The notes beneath the pieces were generated by a model. The model was not told where the DNA came from. It searched no databases and worked only from the letters and a program-made list of their open reading frames with translations. Of a DNA stretch of 64,000 nucleotides, positions 1 to 7,510 are shown piece by piece. Every line of letters starts with the position of its first letter. Position 1 is the stretch's first letter. Source of the DNA: Eledone cirrhosa (Eukaryota). The position numbers and the translations under genes are program-made. The DNA lies in the NCBI GenBank assembly GCA_964016885.1, contig OZ024742.1, positions 369,334,001-369,398,000 of the forward strand, in the 5' to 3' direction.

Positions 1-224
1 ACCACGATCACCACCACCTTCACCATCACCACCACCATCACCACCACCACCACCACCATCATCATCACCACCACCATCACCATCACCACCACCATCATCA
101 CCACCACCACCATCTTCACCATCACCATCACCACCAACAACATCACCATCACCATCTCCACCACCACCATCGTCACCACCACCATCACCCACACCATCAT
201 CATCGCCATCATCATCACCACCAT
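1..224. repeat. (CAC/CAT)n imperfect trinucleotide microsatellite; probably the (GAT/GGT)n tail of the adjacent minus-strand repeat
   Basis: Continuous accaccatc-type triplets from base 1 to about 224. Confidence 0.9.
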
Positions 225-620
225 TTAACGTCTGTTTTCACTGCTAGCAAGTCCTTTGATTAGTCTTCACAAACCATGTCAGTACTCAACTGGGGCAAAT
301 GACCTCTCAGATGCGCCAGGGGTCAACATCTCACATCTGATCCCACATTCTACCAAGTCTATTTTAACATGACACCAACACTAGGCAGTTTGTAAGGTTT
401 TTGACAGCTGAAATATCCTTCTAACCCTTTGGCAGGTTTTCTAGATCTAGATGCCCTTCCTATCACCAGCCACTTTACAGAGTGTACTGGGTGTGTTTAT
501 CATATAGATCAGCAACACTAGGGAGGGGTTGTAATGTCTCAGATATAACTGAAGAGTTCTATTGACCCTTTGTTTGGCAGGTTTGCTATGGCTGGATAGT
601 CTTCCTATTACCAACCATTT
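225..620 (-). mobile_element. Degenerate interspersed retro-repeat with (GAT)n tail and a diverged internal duplication
   Basis: The reverse complement of 225-250 (TTGCTAGCAGTGAAAACAGACGTTAAATG) resembles 24730-24760 (ATGCAAGCATGGAAAAGCAGGCGTAGAATG), and both run into GAT/GGT tails. Segments 376-480 and 513-620 are diverged copies (caacactagg...ccctttggcaggttt...cttcctat..cca..tta). Confidence 0.55.
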
Positions 621-671
621 AACCCTTTCATGAATGCATTTCTAATGAAATACACATTATTTTAATTAATT

Positions 672-858
672 AATTGTTTCTACTTTTTGGCACAAGGCCA
701 GCAATTACCCCAGTGCATTACTGGTACTTTATTTTATCAACCCCGAAAGGATGAAAGGCAAAGTTAACCTCGGCGGGATTTAAATTCAGAATGGCAAGGG
801 CCATAACTCTATGTGTCAATGCATGGTCTCCGACCCTCTACCGATACTGCCAATCCAC
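672..858 (-). mobile_element. tRNA-derived SINE, copy 1
   Basis: Reverse complement of the SINE at 7268-7452. Head GTGGATTGGCAGTATCGGTAGAG, B-box-like GAATTTAAATCCCGCC, body CCTTTCATCCTTTCGGGGTTGATAAAATAAAGTACCAG, 3' end GGCCTTGTGCCAAAAAGTAGAAACAATT. Confidence 0.85.
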
Positions 859-1613
859 AAGGTGGCAGGCAGATGAAATATGATGCCTCAGAGGACAGAT
901 ACCAGTGGCCAGTGGTCAACAGAGAGACAATCCACAAGGTGGGTGACAGGTAGATGATATATAATGCCTCAGAGGACAGAGACCAGTGACCAGTGGTCAA
1001 CAGAGAGACAATCCACAAGGTGGGTGACAGGTAGATGATATATAATGCCTCAGAGGACAGAGACCAGTGACCAGTGGTCAACAGAGAGACAATCCACAAG
1101 GTGGGTGACAGGTAGATGATATATAATGTCTCAGAGGACAGAGACCAGTGACCAGTGGTCAACAGAGAGACAATCCACAAGGTGGGTGACAGGTAGATGA
1201 TATATAATGTCTCAGAGGACAGAGACCAGTGACCAGTGATCAACAGAGAGACAATCCACAAGGTGGGTGACAGGTAGATGATATATAATGTCTCAGAGGA
1301 CAGAGACCAGTGACCAGTGGTCAACAGAGAGACAATCCACAAGGTGGGTGACAGGTAGATGATATATAATGTCTCAGAGGACAGAGACCAGTGACCAGTG
1401 GTCAACAGAGAGACAATCCACAAGGTGGGTGACAGGTAGATGATATATAATGTCTCAGAGGACAGAGACCAGTGACCAGTGGTCAACAGAGAGACAATCC
1501 ACAAGGTGGGTGACAGGTAGATGATATATAATGTCACAGAGGACAGAGACCAGTGACCAGTGGTCAACAGAGAGACAATCCACAAGGTGGGTGACAGGTG
1601 GATGATATATAAT
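851..1613. repeat. 81-bp minisatellite, about 9.4 units
   Basis: Unit CAATCCACAAGGTGGGTGACAGGTAGATGATATATAATGTCTCAGAGGACAGAGACCAGTGACCAGTGGTCAACAGAGAGA recurs at 928, 1009, 1090 ... 1576. The first unit is shorter and more diverged. Confidence 0.97.
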
Positions 1614-1778
1614 TGTTTCTACTTTTGGCACAAGGCCAGCAATTTCCCAGTGTATTACTGGTACTTTATTTTATCGACCCCCGTAAGGATGAAAGGCAAA
1701 GTTAACCTCGGCGGGATTTGAACTCAGAATGGCAAGGGCCGTATATCTATGCGTCAAAGCATGGCGTCCGACCCTCTA
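1611..1778 (-). mobile_element. tRNA-derived SINE, copy 2 (head truncated)
   Basis: Near-colinear with 672-840. B-box GAGTTCAAATCCCGCC on the minus strand. Stops at ...GACCCTCTAC. Confidence 0.85.
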
Positions 1779-1779
1779 C

Positions 1780-2437
1780 TTATATCTATTCATTCTCAAT
1801 TTATTTTTCAATATATATTCTTATATTTTTCTATATATTTACTTTTTCTATATATATATTTTTTCTTTATACTTATAAAAGTAAATATTATATTGTATTA
1901 TATTAGAATTCTAACAACAAAATAATTACTAAATATACGTAACTTTAATATAAACTTAAGACTTATTTACGTTATATGAGTTCATCTTCTGTTAAATTTC
2001 TCTCTTCTCACTATTTCTCTATATATCTCATAACAGTAATTTTTTCGCTCTCTCTTTATTCTCATTGTCCCCCAGCGTAATTTAAATAAACGGTTGTTTT
2101 TTCAATTTTTCATACATCCATTTGCATATTCACACATAACTTTGAATTACCCCTAATAAATTTCCACTATCCAGCGAATCTTCGGACCGTTAAGGTGTGA
2201 TTTCCATGGGTATGTCATTATTTATAAAACAAATTTTGTATTTTATCTGATGAAAGCGCACTAAGATTGGCTTGGTCGCCCTTGAAATATATATAATAAA
2301 ATAAATATGGTTTTATAAATATAGTTTCCATTTATTATTATCTTGGAATATTTATTCCAATAACTTGTTGAGTGCTCTATATCAGTTATAAACATTTATG
2401 TTTGTCAGAATGCCAACAAATTAAATACAACTCCTAC
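1780..2437 (+). mobile_element. Non-coding 3' end / pseudo-LTR remnant of PLE family B
   Basis: 2080-2340 aligns to the reverse complement of 7210-7680, which lies downstream of a GIY-YIG remnant. Contains a hammerhead and ends at (TA)n. The left boundary is approximate. Confidence 0.7.
2239..2303 (+). ncRNA. Type I hammerhead ribozyme (minimal palindromic stem III), family B
   Basis: TATTTTAT (stem I) - CTGATGA (2247-2253) - AAGCGCACTAAG ATTGG CTTGGTCGCCCTT (stem II) - GAAA (2284-2287) - TATATA - TA^ - ATAAAATA (8-bp complement of stem I). Confidence 0.85.
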
Positions 2438-2447
2438 ATATATATAT

Positions 2448-2510
<63 letters not shown>
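2438..2510. repeat. (TA)n microsatellite; insertion site of PLE-A1
   Basis: Near-perfect TA run directly abutting the PLE terminus. Confidence 0.95.
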
Positions 2511-2511
<1 letters not shown>

Positions 2512-2512
<1 letters not shown>

Positions 2513-2970
2513 TTGGGGAGGGTCATATTTGTGTAATATTGCCAGAATTAATAACAAAACACACTCACTGTTTGGTTGGTTTTCGCTTCTCGCTTCTGTG
2601 TCTTTTATATCGGTAATCTAACTTACTCGGTCCTCAATGTTGCCATTGACTAACCGACGGTCAAAAATAATACAGATACAATATAGACACAAACACATAT
2701 ATATAGTTTATCATAAATCTTTCGTTGCACATCTGCAACATCGTCACTGGTGTTATATTTTCCTCCTGTTGTATTGTATGTCTACGCCATTTTTATTCAG
2801 TCTGTCTATATATTTATTTATTTATTTGCTTGTTTGTTTATTTTATTTTGTCTTCTTTGCACATGCGTTTGCGTGTGTGTATAGTGTTTTGTTTGCTGTG
2901 TGACTAGTGTGTGTTTATGTGCTTGTTGTTATTGTGCTTGTGTATGTATTTATTTATTTATTTATTTTAT
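2512..2970 (-). repeat. 3' pseudo-LTR of PLE-A1
   Basis: Nearly identical to 6590-7050, with a few substitutions and small indels. Confidence 0.95.
2710..2751 (-). ncRNA. Hammerhead motif with core substitution (GTGACGA); predicted impaired
   Basis: Same as 6788-6829 except that the first C of CUGANGA is G (position 2747). Confidence 0.6.
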
Positions 2971-2983
2971 TTTATTTACTTAT

Positions 2984-5900
2984 TTATACTTCTCTTAGGT
3001 CAGTGTTGTTTGTTTGGGTGTTGTTATTCCATTCATTCTTTCTGTTTAGCCTTGGTCTTCTAATTTCTATTTCACTGGCCTCTCTGATTTGCCTATCTGC
3101 TGGGTCATTTCTATGTTTAGATATTATTCTAATTTCTATGTTGTCTATGTTACCGTCATGTTGTTGTCTAGCATGTTCGTATAGTACTGACCCGTTTTTT
3201 CGTCCTTTTAGTTCCCCCCAGTGTTGGTCTATCCTTTCACCTATGCTACGAGCTGTCTCACCTATGTATGTTGTTGTCATGTTTCTGCAAGTACCCTCTG
3301 TACATCTTATGCTATAGACTACGTTTCTAGTTTTACAGTTTATCCGGGGGTTCACCTTACATATGATACATTTCCTATTGGTACAGTGGGTTTTCTTAAA
3401 AGGGTAGGTTTTGCTGATCAGGGATTTTATGGTGGTTCCTGGCTTTTCTACCACCTTTATTTTTAAGTGGGTCTTTCTCAGGGCCTTTCTACACTGGTTA
3501 GCTAATTTCCCTCCAGGGGTAGCGTCCACAAACATGACACTCTGGTTGTCGTACCATGAGGTGGCTTTCCCTATCTTATGTCTAGCCCTATCTAAGCTAT
3601 TCCATGATTTGCTCCTGTATAATGGGCAAATTCCTTTCATGTCCAGTTCTATGAGGGTCTTATACTTTTCCATGGCTCCTTCGTATACTCTGACTCTGTC
3701 TCTTTGGTTGTAGCCAGAGAACTGCATGCGGTTGATGAAGTGTTGGGTGTGTCTTTCCATTTCTGTTGGGTCGCACATGCGGAACACATTCTTCATCACT
3801 CGTACCAAATCTGCGATCAGAATATTAAACTTAGCACTACTGGACATTGCTGAGTTTTTGAGTATCAGGTATTTAGAGGCCATGGGTTTAGCATAGTGTG
3901 AGTGGAGAATTTGGGCTCTCTCGTCTATAGTGTTAATCCAGAGTTCTGTGTCTAATACAGGTAGTCTATTGTTAGGGTGTTTGGAAGGGAAGTCGATAGT
4001 TACAGTTATACTCTGGTGTATGGAATTAGCTATCTGCTGGATGCTTTCCATCGTGCTACGTTCTAAATCAAACTTGTTAGTGCTCTCTAGTGGGGGTGTT
4101 CTTATAACTATATTGATATCGTCTACATAACGAGAGTACATGATGAGGTCTATGGAGCTCTCATTAAGGAGATCTTTAAGTCTCCTTTCCCACCATACCA
4201 TGAAAAGGTTGGCAACATCACCAGCTATGCTGACGCCGATGGCTGCTCCCTCATTTTGGGTGTAGATCTTCTCGTTGAACTTAAATATGTGACCCTTTAG
4301 GGTAGTTTTGATACTAGCCCCTATTGCATGTGCGAACATTTTTCTTACCTGATCATTGTTTTGGGGGGTCCGTATAGCTTTGGTCCACCCAATCCACCTT
4401 CCCATGGGAGTCTTTTTTGCCATTGAGGTTATGGTGGGGGGTATACCTCTTATAGGTCTACTAGGGCAGAAACATCTAAGGTCATGGCTGTCTAGGTAGT
4501 CAGTGTCGTAGGTAAGTCTAAGTAGGAGGCCCAGTTCGTCTGTGTCGACGTCGCAGAACTCCACCTCACTCTCAATGATCATCTCCACACATCTTTTCAC
4601 AGCAAAATCAATGTTAATGGATGGGTACAGTGACACCACATCCATGCTCCCTATTATGCAGTTGGATAGGCTCCTGTTTTTGTTGCACTCACTGATTCTG
4701 CTGAGGAGGTCCTCTGTACTGTCACATACATCTGGGGACATCTTGATTATGGGGCGTTTAACCATTGAGAGGAAGTAGGAGAGCCTGTAGTTGCTAGCTA
4801 TATTAGCTCCGCATACGGGTCTTGTTGGTGGTCCTGTTGTCGGGTCGTCGACTGTTTTGTGGTCTTTGCGGAGCCCATACAAGGGCGGTATGCCATTGTT
4901 AGACGCCTGGAAGTTGTTGGCAGTGCGTCTGCTTGGCTTTAGGATGTCGGTCCACATCATCATGTGAGCGTTGAGGATTTTCTCTCTCCTATCGTGTGTT
5001 TGTTGTGCAACTTTGCTCGTGTTGGTGATGTGGGGTTGCATAGCCTTGATGTAGTTCGGCATGCTATCTATTGACATCCTACCAGACTTATCCATGGGTA
5101 GACATACTACCTCACCATCCCTTGTGCGCTGCTTGAGGCTAACCAAGCCTTCTACAGGTTTCCTCCCAAGTTGTTGGGCCTCTGGTCTGCTCTGTCTCTT
5201 AGTATACCTGTCTACTACTTGTCTAATCTTATTTCTAGCTATGGTGAATTGTGCCTCTGTCTCGTCATCTATTTGTTGTGGTATGAAAACTCTTTTATTA
5301 AAGGGTAACCTCGTAGGATAGATATTACCCATCTTATATGTTTTGTCAGCTGGGTTGAAAAATAGTTTCTCTAAGGGGTTGTCATTATATCTATCGTCAT
5401 AGTTGTGTGTGTTGCTATTGTTGTTATCAGGGTGGTTGTTGTTGTTTCTATCATTAGCATTATTATTATTGTTATGATTGCTAGATGTATTGTTGTTTAC
5501 TTCAGCGTTATTGTTGTTGTTGTTACTGTTATTTCTACCATTGTGGTTGTTACTATTATTATGTTTCTTGTTTTTGTTGATGTTGCTACATGTACTATTT
5601 CCATTATTACCACTGTGGTTATTGTTGTTGTTGTTCGTATTGTTACCGTTATTACTACTGTGGTCGCTGCTGCTGTGTCTGTGGTTAATGTTTCTATTAT
5701 TATTATTATTGTGGTTGTTGTTGTTCTGTCTATCGTTAGTATTATTACCATTATCACTATTTCTCACTTTCCTGCTATTGTTATAGTTATGGCTGTTATT
5801 TCTATACTCAGAGTTATTGTTTATATTACTACTACCGTTATTATTGTTGTTGTTGTTGTTGTTTACCTTTGCATTCCAACGTATTTTTGTGAAACACTTT

Positions 5901-6604
5901 TCCAGCTCCATTTTGCACTCCATATGGTTAATCTTTTTGTAGATGGCAAATTTTGGTGGTAGCTGCAGGATTTGTTGTTCTTGTTCACTGATTAAAGTGT
6001 TCCCATAGATATTTACTGTGTGGTCATTGGTAAATTCTTCCGGTAGTTTTACATCAGTCATACGGATATTGTCGATGTTATCTGGGTATTTTTGAGAATA
6101 TTCGATTTTCCTTTCTTGTAGTTTTCTCTTATTCATCCATTCTAATTTCTTATTGAAATGCCTATTGCATTCGTTTCGAGCGTATTTCGTTTCACGTGGG
6201 ATGACGCTCATGAAGTTATCCCTTTCGTTTGGTGTGATGAGATTTCGGATTTCCTTACCGTTAATGTGTTTCTGTCTGTAGAGTACGTTGACTTTTGTGT
6301 ATGTTGTTCTTTTCATATTAACTGTTATTGTGTGTTTTAGTCGTTCGGCTTGTGTTTTGTTCAATAATAAATTATTTACTTGTTTTGATATGTTTGTTGT
6401 GTATGTTTTGGAGGAAACACAGTGTTTTAAGAAGCGGATTTGTTCTGTTGTTATTGTAGTTTTTATATAACAGAAAACAGTGTCTTTCAATAACCTTTCA
6501 GCTTGGCACAAGCTAATGTCATAGCGGCGATGAATTAGTTTTGCGAGGTGTTTTATATGAAATCGTGTGTCGAAATAAATATTGTTATACTTGGGGAGGG
6601 TCAT
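2984..6604 (-). CDS. PLE polyprotein: reverse transcriptase + Cys-rich linker + C-terminal GIY-YIG endonuclease (1206 aa, uninterrupted)
   Basis: RT motifs LYGLRKDHK, TRPVCG, GSMDVVSLYPSI, QNEGAAIG..IAGDVANLFM, YSRYVDD, LPVLD. Linker CTNRKCIIC. EN NVVYSIRCTEGTC...YIGETARSIGERIDQH...LYEH...REASEI...LN. Confidence 0.95.
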   Translation of the reverse strand: MTLPKYNNIYFDTRFHIKHLAKLIHRRYDISLCQAERLLKDTVFCYIKTTITTEQIRFLKHCVSSKTYTTNISKQVNNLLLNKTQAERLKHTITVNMKRTTYTKVNVLYRQKHINGKEIRNLITPNERDNFMSVIPRETKYARNECNRHFNKKLEWMNKRKLQERKIEYSQKYPDNIDNIRMTDVKLPEEFTNDHTVNIYGNTLISEQEQQILQLPPKFAIYKKINHMECKMELEKCFTKIRWNAKVNNNNNNNNNGSSNINNNSEYRNNSHNYNNSRKVRNSDNGNNTNDRQNNNNHNNNNNRNINHRHSSSDHSSNNGNNTNNNNNNHSGNNGNSTCSNINKNKKHNNSNNHNGRNNSNNNNNNAEVNNNTSSNHNNNNNANDRNNNNHPDNNNSNTHNYDDRYNDNPLEKLFFNPADKTYKMGNIYPTRLPFNKRVFIPQQIDDETEAQFTIARNKIRQVVDRYTKRQSRPEAQQLGRKPVEGLVSLKQRTRDGEVVCLPMDKSGRMSIDSMPNYIKAMQPHITNTSKVAQQTHDRREKILNAHMMMWTDILKPSRRTANNFQASNNGIPPLYGLRKDHKTVDDPTTGPPTRPVCGANIASNYRLSYFLSMVKRPIIKMSPDVCDSTEDLLSRISECNKNRSLSNCIIGSMDVVSLYPSINIDFAVKRCVEMIIESEVEFCDVDTDELGLLLRLTYDTDYLDSHDLRCFCPSRPIRGIPPTITSMAKKTPMGRWIGWTKAIRTPQNNDQVRKMFAHAIGASIKTTLKGHIFKFNEKIYTQNEGAAIGVSIAGDVANLFMVWWERRLKDLLNESSIDLIMYSRYVDDINIVIRTPPLESTNKFDLERSTMESIQQIANSIHQSITVTIDFPSKHPNNRLPVLDTELWINTIDERAQILHSHYAKPMASKYLILKNSAMSSSAKFNILIADLVRVMKNVFRMCDPTEMERHTQHFINRMQFSGYNQRDRVRVYEGAMEKYKTLIELDMKGICPLYRSKSWNSLDRARHKIGKATSWYDNQSVMFVDATPGGKLANQCRKALRKTHLKIKVVEKPGTTIKSLISKTYPFKKTHCTNRKCIICKVNPRINCKTRNVVYSIRCTEGTCRNMTTTYIGETARSIGERIDQHWGELKGRKNGSVLYEHARQQHDGNIDNIEIRIISKHRNDPADRQIREASEIEIRRPRLNRKNEWNNNTQTNNTDLREV

Positions 6605-7050
6605 ATTTGTGTAATATTGCCAGAATTAATAACAGAACACACTCACTGTTTGGTTGGTTTTCGCTTCTCGCTTCTGTGTCTTTTATATCGGTAATCTAAC
6701 TTACTCGGTCCTCAATGTTGCCATTGACTGACCGACGGTAAAAAATAATACAGATACAATATAGACACAAACACATATATATAGTTTATCATAAATCTTT
6801 CGTTGCACATCTGCAACATCGTCAGTGGTGTTATATTTTCCTCCTGTTGTATTGTATGTCTACGCCATTTTTATTCAGTCTGTCTATATATTTATTTATT
6901 TATTTGCTTGTTTGTTTATTTTATTTTGTCTTCTTTGCGCATGCGTTTGCGTGTGAGTATAGTGTTTTGTTTGCTGTGTGATGGGTGACTAGTGTGTGTT
7001 TATGTGCTTGTTGTTATTGTGCTTGTGTATGTATTTATTTATTTTATTTT
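6590..7050 (-). repeat. 5' pseudo-LTR of PLE-A1
   Basis: Direct repeat of 2512-2970; overlaps the ORF start codon at 6604. Confidence 0.95.
6788..6829 (-). ncRNA. Minimal type I hammerhead ribozyme, family A
   Basis: Minus strand reads ACCA-CTGACGA-T-GTTGCA GATG TGCAAC-GAAA-GATT-TA^-TGAT. Perfect 6-bp stem II; short stem I with one mismatch. Confidence 0.75.
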
Positions 7051-7244
7051 AAAATAAATAAATAAATAAATACATACCTGGTAATGAGGTAATTATATTG
7101 AATTGATATTTATACATTAAATTTTGCTCTGGTACTTACATAGAGCACTCTTCACTTCTATGACCTTTTCTGTTTTCAACGGAAATTTCAATACATATAT
7201 ATATATATATTAATAAATGGAAACTATATTTATAAAACCATAAT

Positions 7245-7510
7245 TATTTCATTATATATATTTCAAGGGCGGTGGATTGGCAGTACCGGTAGAGGGTGGG
7301 ACGCCATGCTTTCCAGCATAGTTACGTCTCTTTACGATCTGAGTTTAAATCCCGCCGAGGTTGACTTCGCCTTTCATCCTTACTGGGTCAATAAAATAAA
7401 GTACCAGTAATGCCCTGGGTAATTTCTGGCCTTGTGCCTAAAGTAGAAACAATTATATATATTTCAAGGGCAACCAAGGCAATTTTGGTGTGCTTTCATC
7501 AGATAAAATA
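7245..7510 (-). ncRNA. Family B hammerhead interrupted by a SINE
   Basis: TATTTTAT-CTGATGA-AAGCACACCAAA ATTGC CTTGGTTGCCCTT-GAAA-TATATA-TA at 7510-7454. The 3' strand of stem I (ATGAAATA) is displaced to 7252-7245, beyond the SINE. Confidence 0.75.
7268..7452 (+). mobile_element. tRNA-derived SINE, copy 3, full length with TSD
   Basis: GGCGGTGGATTGGCAGTACCGG head (A-box-like) and GAGTTTAAATCC (B-box-like). Flanked by the duplication ATTATATATATTTCAAG(GGC) at 7251-7270 and 7452-7471. Confidence 0.9.

Larger units (their letters stand above)
2512..7077 (-). mobile_element. Full-length Penelope-like retroelement PLE-A1 (direct pseudo-LTRs, single RT-EN ORF)
   Basis: Direct repeats 2512-2970 and 6590-7050 flank a 1206-aa ORF. 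The 3' repeat ends with a copy of the ORF start (ATGACCCTCCCCAAG). A short inverted segment at 7051-7077 marks the 5' end. Confidence 0.93.

Noticed and set aside
809-1613. 81-bp array as a CRISPR array or a 258-aa membrane protein
   Set aside because: Whole units are near-identical with no unique spacers, and there are no cas genes. The ORF is just the repeat read in its stop-free frame.
2984-6604. Naiad-type selenoprotein-coding PLE
   Set aside because: The endonuclease is C-terminal and there is no in-frame UGA. The stem-loop in the pseudo-LTR fits a hammerhead rather than a SECIS.
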